A stretch of 63,468 nt of DNA, filler included, from Candidatus Delongbacteria bacterium (GTDB lineage: Bacteria > UBA4055), in the NCBI GenBank assembly GCA_016937995.1. It is 4 parts of 4 records of this genome, joined end to end, with 100 filler letters (N's around TTAATTAATTAA, not from the genome) between each part and the next. Parts side by side here need not be neighbours in the genome. Positions count along the whole stretch, not along the records: positions 1 to 15,497 come from JAFGVM010000093.1; positions 15,598 to 29,229 come from JAFGVM010000094.1; 2 more parts are not named here. One strand, given 5' to 3'. Positions within the stretch are counted from its first letter, which is position 1. Every line of letters begins with the position of its first letter. The notes beneath the pieces were generated by a model. That model saw only the letters and a list, made by a program, of their open reading frames with translations. It was not told the origin of the DNA and searched no databases. This document shows, piece by piece, positions 9,369 through 18,576 of this stretch. Position numbers and translations under genes: made by a program.

Positions 9369-11495
9369 TTATTTCAACAGTAAAAATTTACCGTTCATGG
9401 TCTTATCGGGCATTGCAACCTTGACAAAATAAAGACCTGAAACATACTTGTCAAGCATCAGGTCATATTCATTCGATCCCTTTCTTGCATTACTATACTC
9501 GATCTTCTCGAGAAGATCACCCTTGATACTATAAATAAATATATCCGCTGTACAATTATCCTGAGCAGAAAATGTTATCCTGGTTGCTGGATTTGCAGGA
9601 TTTGGATAAATAGTTAACAGATCTGTGCTTATTGGAGTATTCGCTATGGATGTTGGTGTCTGATCCTCAAAAGCTCCCATGTCAACTTTATTATTAACAA
9701 TTCTTGGATTACCGAGAAGATCGAACTCGGGATGGTTCAAATTAAATTCAGCACCTGCTCCTGCATCCTCACAGACGGAATTATCTAATAGAATCCCTGG
9801 TAAATGTTGAGTATCATCAAATGATGGATCTCTGTCTATATTACCATTATATCTCTCTATTCCTTCAATATTATTGTTATACGTAAAATATTCTTTATTG
9901 TAGTGAATTTGCGAAATTAATCCACCGGGACTGTTCCTGATAATATTGTTCACAAAATATGGTTTTGATCTGAATGTAAATATTGCTCCAGGGACATAAA
10001 GTCCATTAAATTCAGATATATAATTATCAATCGCAGTATTATTATAGAAAAAAGAATAAGAATTAATAAAACAAGCTACAGGTCCATTATAACGGGCATA
10101 ATTTTCATAGAATAGATTATTGTTGATCTTAGCCTGAGTGTTTACTGCTCCTATAGCTGCACCATAATTTGCAGAATTATAACGAAAAATATTATTTTCA
10201 ACTGTCAGTTTGGAAAAATTACTTATAACTAATGCACCTCCATAGTATTTTGTAATATTCCATTCATCATACTCGATCTTCTTTGCATATTCTATAACAC
10301 AATATTTGATCGAAGAACTGTCATTTGTTGAGAGAGTATTGTTGAATAAAATGCCTTTCCAGGATCCATTAACAACAGTAAAATCATCAACCGGATCAGG
10401 TTTTTCTGCTGTGAATACTATTCTTTCATCAGGTGTTCCTTCAGCTATAAGAGTTCCCTGAACATCTAAACAGTAAGGACCGGTAAAATTAAATACTGTT
10501 CCGGGTGAAATATTCAGAGTAATACTATCTTCAACAGTGATATCTCCAGTAACTGAAACAGAGTCAGCTCTTATCACAGTATTCCTGCTTATATTTCCAT
10601 GTAGCTCTACCCTATCACCTTCAATTTGATCGTTATATATTTTCTCCTGCTTAGTTTCTTTCTCTTCCGGAATGTAATACGTTTCGCATCCATAACCGGT
10701 CGCAGGAGAACCATCTTCTAATCTGAAATCAAGATTATCCGGATCTTTCAGCTGAGGATCGATATTCATAATGTTATTAAAAGGTGCCGAACCGGCATCT
10801 GTCCACTCGGATGGTGGAGCTCAACCGTACTCTCAAAGCATAGAGAAGTGTACTAAGGGTTCATCTTCATAACGTTCGTTATAACTCCAATTATCTTGCA
10901 ATAAAGGATAACCATACCATTCAAAAGGAGAGAAGGCATAACTGGTACCTGTACGCAGATAATAAGATGGGATAGAATTGTTGAACGGAAAGTCAATGTC
11001 TGTTGAGATACAATTAACAACTAGATTATTATTCAGGAACATGTCTTTTCCTGCTCCGTCCATTCTGACTCCGTAATCGATCGAATTATAGAATGTAATA
11101 TTCCTGACTGATCCGTAAGGGATGTAATATCCGCCCATTCCGTCAGGTGAGCCGCAGTATCTGAGTGTTCCATTGATTATCACACAGCTGTCAATATCAA
11201 GTATGTTAGGCGTATTCCCGAATTGGATCTGACCATTTTTAAGATCAATGATCGCTCCATTCCCCTTTATTCTAACATTTATTTCGTTTACATAATCATC
11301 ATTAAAAGTAAAAGGATTATTAAAATAACCTAAAAAGAGTCCACCAGTATAAAGTTTTCCTTTTTCCAGAACTACAAGCTTATCATATCCCTCACCGGGA
11401 CCTGATCGGTCAAATGCTTCCTTCAAGGTCATTGATGATATGTTTACGAGCATGATCAGTAATGTTAGTATGAATGATCTCACCAAGACTCCCAT
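9369..11495 (-). CDS. secreted beta-helix protein with a T9SS C-terminal domain; two in-frame TGA codons (candidate selenoprotein, 708 aa)
   Basis: The 220-aa and 466-aa ORFs are in frame and separated only by TGA at 10833-10835 and 10821-10823; the signal peptide is only in the first part and the YPNPANP T9SS tail only in the second. Confidence 0.7.
10782..10818 (-). promoter_or_regulatory. candidate bacterial SECIS hairpins
   Basis: UCCAC-CAUCCGA-GUGGA and AG(A)UGCCG-GUU-CGGCA(C)CU directly 3' of the UGA pair. Confidence 0.45.
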
Positions 11496-11662
11496 TTATT
11501 GTTTTCACATAAAGTAAAATATTATTCAAAAGGAATCAAGTTGAATTAATGGTGTTTTATCCAAACTACCTCCTCTGTGACTCTGTGAGAACAAAATATT
11601 TAATCTTTTGCTTATTATACAGATTTTTCGTAAAATAAACCTAATCCAAAAAAGGGAATTAT

Positions 11663-14194
11663 ATGAAATATTTACTTCTTACATTATTGACAGCTGCTTT
11701 ATTACTTTCAGCAAATGAATATCAAACCTCCAAATACGATACTTTATTTATAAAAGCTTCAGCATCATATCATAATCATCAGAAATATGTAGAACCTGCA
11801 AGATTGCAGATAATCGAACTTGGTGAAGAGATAATGCCGTTCCTTGTTGAGCAGGTTGGCAGCAGACAGCCCAGAGAATATCATGCTATGAGAGATCTTT
11901 TCGGTAGGATCGACAGTAAAAATTCATCCAGGTATTTGATGGATAAGATCAGGCTTATGGACAAGAAGACTTATGGGACAGCAGTGGAATTTCTTGGAAG
12001 ATCAGGTTATAAAAAAGGTCTTGAATTCCTGGCTCCATTTTTACAGGAAGATTCAACCTGGATAAAACTTTCAACTCTGAAAGGAATTGGTGATCTTAAA
12101 GATCCTGCTTCATTAAAATATTTGAGACCTTTTAAAGAAGATAATGATTTTAAAATACGATGGCATACTGCCGCAGCTCTGGGTAAAATAAATACAATTG
12201 AAGCCGACAGAGAACTTGTTTCTATGCTGAATGACAGTTTACAGCTTGTATCCCACACAGCTTTGCACTACCTGGATAATCATTTGAAAAAAGATTCAGT
12301 CGGTATAAGATTCAAAGTTATTTCAAGAACAATGGATTCACCTTTGATCAAGCTGTTACAACAGAAGTACATTGAGAACAAAGTAGTTGATCTTATCTCA
12401 GAGAAAAAGATAGAAACTTCAACTCAGGACACTATTAAACTGATGACAATAAATGATCTTGTTTCTGATAATTCAGTGATATATAATGCTTTAGGGCAAA
12501 TTTATATGGATAAGAATGATTACTTCTTACCAGTGAAGACAGAAAAAGAGTTATTCCTCTTCCCTTCTGTAGCAGAAATGTTCGAAGATCCGATGAAACA
12601 GATATCTGTTCCTGAAAAAACTAAAGATGATTACAAAGATTTCCCAAATATTGATTTTTCAAATCTATCGCAAGAATTCAATGCTTCAACTGAGAATAAT
12701 GAAATAAAAGAAATCGATCTGAATATTTTCACTTACAAAGCTAAAGAAGTTCAGATTATTTTCGATAAGACATGGGAAAAGTATCCTGACATGAAAAAGA
12801 TCATCGATAAGATATCTAATCCTGTAACAGAGGAACGATCTAAAGAAACGGCCGATAAAAGCTCTGATGGACTTGAGGATGATGATATTTCAGTAATGAT
12901 CAGATCAAGGCTAAACGAAAGAAAATATTCTGAAGAAAGTAAAAAATTCTACAAAGAGACTTTAAAAGATATTCAATTACAATATATCATTGAAGCCGGG
13001 ATATCTTCCTACACAGATTTTCTTGGACTGCTTGAGCATTGTAAAAAGAACAAACTTGAAGCAACGACAATGGATACTTCTCTTGGTAGAATCGCTGTTG
13101 GAACTGATGGTGATGATATCTACGAAGGTGAATATTTTCTTATAATTGATCAGGTTGGAAATGACACTTACAAATTAGATAACAGCAAGAACAGATTCAA
13201 CTACATTATTGACCTGAAAGGAAATGACAGGTATATCTCTGCTGAATACGGACCGGCATCAACTTTTAACGGAATTTCATTACTCTATGAAGGTGAAGGT
13301 GATGATATCTATGAATGTACTAATAATTCTTTAGCTTTTGCTGAGTATGGTTTTGCAGTACTGCTTGAAGCAGGTGGAAATGATAAATATCTATCTCTGA
13401 AAAGCTCTCAGGCTTCAGCTTCTTTTGGCTATGCTTGTCTTTGGGATAACGGTGGAAATGACGTATATCTCGGAGAGGAAAAAACTCAGGCATTTGCAGG
13501 AGTAAGCGGATATTCAGTTCTTGTCGATGAGAACGGTAATGACAACTATACATTATCTGGGACACAGGTAGATGTTCTGAGATACAGTGATCACTTTATT
13601 TCAATGGGTCAGGGATTTTCTATAGGCGACAGGGATAATGCTGCCGGCGGAATGGCATTCCTTTTCGATAAACAGGGAAATGATAATTACATCTCTGATA
13701 TATTCGGTCAGGGAGGTGCTTACTGGTTCGCACTCGGAGTTCTCTATGACTTCAAAGGTAACGACAATTATATTTCATACCAATACTCTATAGGTTCCGG
13801 AGTTCACTTAGCTTTTGGCACAGTAATAGATCTTGAAGGTGATGACAGTTATAAATCCAAAGGTGTTTCCATAGGTTGCGGTCATGATTATGCCGGTGGA
13901 ATGTTCTTTGACCTAAAAGGTAATGACAGCTATCAGGCTGAATCCCTTTCAATAGGTGCGGGAAATGCTGATGCAATATCAATTTTCTTTGATGGGCAGG
14001 GTGACGATCTGTACGGAGCTCATCAGGCTAATACAATGGGCTGGTCAGACTGGAGAAGAGATACAGGCTATATAAGTTTATTCATCGAAATGTCAGGTAA
14101 TGATAAATACGGTTCTGCATTCGGAGCAAACAATCAGAAATGGTATCAAGCTACCTGGGGAGTTGGAATGGACTTTGATTTTAAGGTAAGGTAG
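11663..14194 (+). CDS. exported protein with N-terminal HEAT repeats and many DxxG(N/D)DxY repeats
   Basis: signal peptide; RWHTAAALGKI-type HEAT repeats; more than 10 hhhDxxGNDxY units in the C-terminal half. Confidence 0.8.
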   Translation: MKYLLLTLLTAALLLSANEYQTSKYDTLFIKASASYHNHQKYVEPARLQIIELGEEIMPFLVEQVGSRQPREYHAMRDLFGRIDSKNSSRYLMDKIRLMDKKTYGTAVEFLGRSGYKKGLEFLAPFLQEDSTWIKLSTLKGIGDLKDPASLKYLRPFKEDNDFKIRWHTAAALGKINTIEADRELVSMLNDSLQLVSHTALHYLDNHLKKDSVGIRFKVISRTMDSPLIKLLQQKYIENKVVDLISEKKIETSTQDTIKLMTINDLVSDNSVIYNALGQIYMDKNDYFLPVKTEKELFLFPSVAEMFEDPMKQISVPEKTKDDYKDFPNIDFSNLSQEFNASTENNEIKEIDLNIFTYKAKEVQIIFDKTWEKYPDMKKIIDKISNPVTEERSKETADKSSDGLEDDDISVMIRSRLNERKYSEESKKFYKETLKDIQLQYIIEAGISSYTDFLGLLEHCKKNKLEATTMDTSLGRIAVGTDGDDIYEGEYFLIIDQVGNDTYKLDNSKNRFNYIIDLKGNDRYISAEYGPASTFNGISLLYEGEGDDIYECTNNSLAFAEYGFAVLLEAGGNDKYLSLKSSQASASFGYACLWDNGGNDVYLGEEKTQAFAGVSGYSVLVDENGNDNYTLSGTQVDVLRYSDHFISMGQGFSIGDRDNAAGGMAFLFDKQGNDNYISDIFGQGGAYWFALGVLYDFKGNDNYISYQYSIGSGVHLAFGTVIDLEGDDSYKSKGVSIGCGHDYAGGMFFDLKGNDSYQAESLSIGAGNADAISIFFDGQGDDLYGAHQANTMGWSDWRRDTGYISLFIEMSGNDKYGSAFGANNQKWYQATWGVGMDFDFKVR

Positions 14195-14318
14195 AGACGT
14201 TGAATCTAAAATAAAGCTCGAAAATTTGCACTTTTACTTTTCAAATAATATTAACTTGCTTAAATATAAAACAGTTAGTAAATTCTATAAACCACAACAA
14301 ATAGGCATGTATTAATAA

Positions 14319-15437
14319 ATGAAAAAGATTGAATTTGAAGAAATTATTTATAAGGGAATTCCAAGCCTTCAATTAAAATTTAAATATAATACTGTAATTC
14401 TCAATTTGATCAAGAAAATTCCAGGCAGAATATGGGATAATGATTTAAAATGCTGGATTATTCCTAAAACAAACAATTATGATAAGCTATATGAACTTTT
14501 CTCTGACAAAGCAGAATTAATTTTTGAAGAAAAGAATGAAATTGAGATAAATAAACCAGAAACTAACAAAACGGAATTTTATACTTCAAATGGTGTGGAT
14601 ATCCCATTTGATTACATAAAATTGCTCGAAATTAAAAGATATGCAGCACCAACAAAAAAGACATATATCGCTAATTTTAAAAGATTTGTAAACTACTATA
14701 AGAATATTGATCCCTTGAATATCACTAAAGATCAGATTAGGGATTATATGCTTTTTTTGATCGAAAAAAGAAATTTATCAGCATCAGCGCAAAATCAAGC
14801 TATCAATGCTATTAAATTTTATTATGAAAAAGTTCTAAATCAAAAAAGAGAAGTATATCGGATAGAAAGACCACGTAAGGCAAAGAAATTACCTGTTGTG
14901 TTAAGCATTGAAGAAATAACTGAAATATTAAAATCAATAAAGAACTTAAAGCACAAATGCATAATTTATACAATTTATTCTGCCGGATTAAGACTTGGAG
15001 AAGTAATAACACTGAAAATCAAAGACATCGACTATGACAGGAAGCAGATATTCATTCAGTCTGCCAAAGGCAATAAAGATCGATACACTCTTCTATCAGA
15101 TACTATTGTAAGTCTTTTACAAAAATATTTTGCTGAATATAAACCTAAAGAATATGTGTTTGAAGGTCAAAAAGGTGGACAGTATAGCAGAAAAAGTGTG
15201 CAGAATATATTAAAAAATGCTTTAAAAAACACTAACATAAAAAAACCAGCTTCTATTCACACTCTAAGACATAGCTTTGCAACCCATCTTCTTGAAGATG
15301 GTACAGATTTAAGATATATCCAGGAATTGCTGGGACATCAAAGTATGAAGACTACTCAGATATATACTCATATTACAAAGAAAGGATTCGATAAAATAAA
15401 GAGTCCACTAGACAATATAAAATTCGATGAAGAATAG
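14319..15437 (+). CDS. tyrosine recombinase/integrase with an N-terminal SAM-like domain
   Basis: GLR, KGNKDR, HTLRHSFATHL, LLGH, TTQIY catalytic set; SASAQNQAINAIKF. Confidence 0.93.
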   Translation: MKKIEFEEIIYKGIPSLQLKFKYNTVILNLIKKIPGRIWDNDLKCWIIPKTNNYDKLYELFSDKAELIFEEKNEIEINKPETNKTEFYTSNGVDIPFDYIKLLEIKRYAAPTKKTYIANFKRFVNYYKNIDPLNITKDQIRDYMLFLIEKRNLSASAQNQAINAIKFYYEKVLNQKREVYRIERPRKAKKLPVVLSIEEITEILKSIKNLKHKCIIYTIYSAGLRLGEVITLKIKDIDYDRKQIFIQSAKGNKDRYTLLSDTIVSLLQKYFAEYKPKEYVFEGQKGGQYSRKSVQNILKNALKNTNIKKPASIHTLRHSFATHLLEDGTDLRYIQELLGHQSMKTTQIYTHITKKGFDKIKSPLDNIKFDEE

Positions 15438-15497
15438 CAAAACATACGCATATACCACCATTTTGGACGGCTATCCGCAATTAGAGACTATTTCTAA

Positions 15498-15597
15498 NNN
15501 NNNNNNNNNNNNNNNNNNNNNNNNNNNNNNNNNNNNNNNNNTTAATTAATTAANNNNNNNNNNNNNNNNNNNNNNNNNNNNNNNNNNNNNNNNNNNN
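15498..15597. other. artificial contig spacer
   Basis: 100 nt of N containing TTAATTAATTAA (stops in all six frames). Confidence 0.97.
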
Positions 15598-15619
15598 ACT
15601 CTGTTTTTCTGTTTGACAT
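15598..15619 (-). CDS. 5' end of a gene cut by the contig edge (MSNRKTE...)
   Basis: GGAGGGG SD followed by an ATG that runs into the gap. Confidence 0.5.
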
Positions 15620-15678
15620 TTCCCCTCCATTTTAGCCTTATATTTGTAATATAACACTTCGTGAGGGGACATATGTCA

Positions 15679-17211
15679 CTATTTAACCAATAACATTTTC
15701 TTTGTCTCAGAAATACCATCACATTCTAATTTATAAAAATATATCCCACTATTCAGTTCATTCGCATTGAATTTGATCTTATGAAGACCTTTATCAAGTT
15801 TCCTGTTAACAAGATCAGAAACCAGCTGACCGGAAAGGTTATATACAGACAACTTAACATCCTGAGTTTTATCAATTGAAAAAGTTATCTCTGTTACTGG
15901 ATTGAACGGATTCGGGTAATTCTGATATAACTCATAATTATTAATTATTAATTGTTCATTATTAATTGAAGTAGAAACTCCGCCTTTGAAAGTTATATCA
16001 TCAACCCATGCACAATCATCACCTTCATCTCCGGAATTGTTTTTTTCATAGATCCATTTAAAAGTATGTGTTCCTGCAGGAACCGGTATTGTCGATTTTC
16101 TCCATGATGACAGACCACTGTTCTGCAGTTTCTCATACCTGTTAATATAAAATTTCAAGTAGTCAGCACCTGTTTCAGAAGAAACTTTATGCCAGAAAGA
16201 TATTTCACCGTCAGTCTCATAATTCATCTCAACTGTTATTTCTGCAGTTTGATTATACCCGATATCAGAAGACTTTATACAGTAAGTGCCTTCATAAGAA
16301 TTATCTGTATCGATTGCCCATCCTGCATCACCTCCGAACTGCCATGGATATTTTATAAGGTCACCTGTTTCAAAACCCTCGATATTGTATTCTGAAGGAT
16401 CATAACCAGTAACATCAAATTGAAATGTTTCATAAAATGCACCAGATTCACCCTTCAAAGTTATCGTTGATGTACCTGTTGAAATTGTATCCCCTGTCTG
16501 TAGAAATAAACTATTTTCCATCAGTTCTGCAAATACTACAGTTGGATCACTGTTGTTCTCTAGTGATACTACAACACTGCTACTGTCTCTAGCTGCAAAA
16601 AGATTTGAAACATCTATTTCGATAAATTCTTGCTTTTCAATAATTTTATTACTGATATAATTCTGTAAGTACACACCTTCAGCAGGAGGAGAATAAACGA
16701 CCCTGATACTATCAATTGTAACCGGAACTACAGGTCTGTCATCAATAGTAGGCACATAACTTATACTATATACAACATCCAATCCTTCAATGACCTTTCC
16801 GAAAACAGAATAATGATCATTAAGATGTGGATAAGACTCTACTGTAATAAAATACTGAGAACCACCTGTATCAGGTCCGGCATTTGCCATTGATAATACA
16901 CCTGGAGCATTATGATTCAGATCCGGATGAAATTCATCTGGAATAGTATAACCCGGACCACCTGTACCGTCACCTAAGGGGTCACCATCCTGTATCATAA
17001 AACTTTGTATAACTCTGTGAAAGATCAAATCATCATAAAATTTTGCATTGGTCAGATCTATAAAATTATTCGCAGTGATCGGAACATGATCCTCCCTCAG
17101 CTGAGCTTTAAAATTACCCTTTGAAGTGTACCATTGTACGATCGTTTGAGACACAGTGATCGAACTGAGCAATAAAATTGATACAAATAATATTTTGAAT
17201 TTTGACAACAT
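15679..17211 (-). CDS. cyclophilin-type peptidyl-prolyl isomerase with extra beta domains and a T9SS C-terminal domain
   Basis: signal peptide; FHRVIQSFMIQDGDP, LSMANAGPDTGGSQYFIT; tail QNYPNPFNP...KKMLLVK. Confidence 0.92.
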   Translation of the reverse strand: MLSKFKILFVSILLLSSITVSQTIVQWYTSKGNFKAQLREDHVPITANNFIDLTNAKFYDDLIFHRVIQSFMIQDGDPLGDGTGGPGYTIPDEFHPDLNHNAPGVLSMANAGPDTGGSQYFITVESYPHLNDHYSVFGKVIEGLDVVYSISYVPTIDDRPVVPVTIDSIRVVYSPPAEGVYLQNYISNKIIEKQEFIEIDVSNLFAARDSSSVVVSLENNSDPTVVFAELMENSLFLQTGDTISTGTSTITLKGESGAFYETFQFDVTGYDPSEYNIEGFETGDLIKYPWQFGGDAGWAIDTDNSYEGTYCIKSSDIGYNQTAEITVEMNYETDGEISFWHKVSSETGADYLKFYINRYEKLQNSGLSSWRKSTIPVPAGTHTFKWIYEKNNSGDEGDDCAWVDDITFKGGVSTSINNEQLIINNYELYQNYPNPFNPVTEITFSIDKTQDVKLSVYNLSGQLVSDLVNRKLDKGLHKIKFNANELNSGIYFYKLECDGISETKKMLLVK

Positions 17212-17329
17212 TTTTACTCCTTCTTTACGTTTGAAAACAATAGTGTTATTTTAAGTAAAATCATTGAGCTTTACAAGCAATAAAAAAACTTATCTTGAGA
17301 ATTTTGACTAATTTATCTATACTTGGTAT

Positions 17330-17908
17330 ATGAATCTAACGATAAAACAAGTTCCAATATCATTTCTTAAAAACTATCACGAAGTTCCAATTCGGTTTAC
17401 ATCTGATGTGATCTACCCCAAGGAAATATTTTCTGGAATTGTAGAGGATATTAAACTAGTTGAAATACCTGTCCCGATCTTTACAAAAGACTATGATGAG
17501 CATGAATCTCCATTCAAATGGTCAGAGAACTGGGATATTTCCAACTGGCGAATTTTAAGAGCTGAACTTGATGGCAATTATGTCGCCGGAGCAGTTATTG
17601 CGTATAACACGAACGGTGTAAATATGCTTGAGGGAAGAGATGATATTGCAGTTTTGTGGGACATCAGAGTTTCTCCTGATCACAAAGGAAAAGGTATCGG
17701 GGGAAAACTTTTCAGGGAAGCGGTGAAATTCGCTGAAGAAAAGAATTGTGAATTTTTAAAGATCGAGACTCAGAATATCAATGTAAATGCGTGTAAGTTT
17801 TACAAAAAGATGGGATGCTATCTCGGTAAATATTCAGTTGATGCCTACAAAGACCTCACTGATGAGATCATGATGATGTGGTATTATGATATTCATCCAC
17901 AATGCTAA
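17330..17908 (+). CDS. GNAT acetyltransferase (streptothricin acetyltransferase-like)
   Basis: VSPDHKGKGIG motif A; ETQNINVNACKFY. Confidence 0.88.
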   Translation: MNLTIKQVPISFLKNYHEVPIRFTSDVIYPKEIFSGIVEDIKLVEIPVPIFTKDYDEHESPFKWSENWDISNWRILRAELDGNYVAGAVIAYNTNGVNMLEGRDDIAVLWDIRVSPDHKGKGIGGKLFREAVKFAEEKNCEFLKIETQNINVNACKFYKKMGCYLGKYSVDAYKDLTDEIMMMWYYDIHPQC

Positions 17909-17965
17909 TATTTTTCAAACATTTTTAAACCACTTTACTAACGTTTCTTTAATTTTTTACTAACA
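17905..17965 (+). promoter_or_regulatory. 11-bp-phased direct repeats, Pho-box-like
   Basis: CTAATA(17905), CAAACA(17916), CTAACG(17938), TTAATT(17949), CTAACA(17960), then TACTTT -10-like at 17975. Confidence 0.45.
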
Positions 17966-17995
17966 CTGATTAGCTACTTTTAAGCAAAAAAGCTT

Positions 17996-18574
17996 ATGAG
18001 TAGAAGATCAGCATTATTTATTTTTATTACCTCTCTGCTTTTCTCAGAAACCTGGGAACTGAAAAAAAGCACAGATTATTATAAAGCATATACAAAAGGT
18101 GATAGAACCAAGACATACAGGATCGAATCAAATTTCAGTCTTAATCCTGATGAAATATTCAATTTTCTTACTTCATTTGATAAGTTCCATAAAATATATA
18201 ACAACATTGAATCAATTGAAATTTTATATAAAAATGACTCTACTGTAATTCATTATTCTGTTATGGACTCACCCTGGCCGGTTTCTAACAGAGATTTGAT
18301 AACAAGGATTGATTTTAAAAAAGTTGATGGAACATACATTATGAAATCTTGTGCAGCTGACGAAATGAATATACCTGTAAAAAATGACCTTGTCAGAATA
18401 AGTGAATTTAATGAAAAAATCATCATCAGACCTGACGGTTCGAATAGATCAGAGCTTATTATTGAAGGAAAGATCGGTTTTGGAGGTAATATACCCCAAT
18501 GGCTTCAGAGTGCAGCTTTGTTATCGGGACCAATAACTACAATGGACAAATTAAAAGAAATTTCAAGGAGATAA
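17996..18574 (+). CDS. START-domain lipid-binding protein, exported
   Basis: signal peptide; SPWPVSNRDLI; GGNIPQWL. Confidence 0.85.
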   Translation: MSRRSALFIFITSLLFSETWELKKSTDYYKAYTKGDRTKTYRIESNFSLNPDEIFNFLTSFDKFHKIYNNIESIEILYKNDSTVIHYSVMDSPWPVSNRDLITRIDFKKVDGTYIMKSCAADEMNIPVKNDLVRISEFNEKIIIRPDGSNRSELIIEGKIGFGGNIPQWLQSAALLSGPITTMDKLKEISRR

Positions 18575-18576
18575 AA

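Noticed and set aside
10821-10835. Genome-wide UGA reassignment (code 4 or 25) as the cause of the in-frame TGAs
   Set aside because: Conserved genes end properly at TGA (e.g. 34154-34156, 50732-50734) and no other gene here is broken by TGA, so any recoding is local.
14319-15437. Canonical integron integrase IntI with an attC array
   Set aside because: It lacks the IntI-specific insertion and no cassette array is visible before the gap.
15542-15553. Recurring TTAATTAATTAA palindrome (three copies)
   Set aside because: Always centred in 100-nt N runs; it is an artificial contig linker. ORF ends at 29277, 29282, 60827 and 60830 are artefacts of it.
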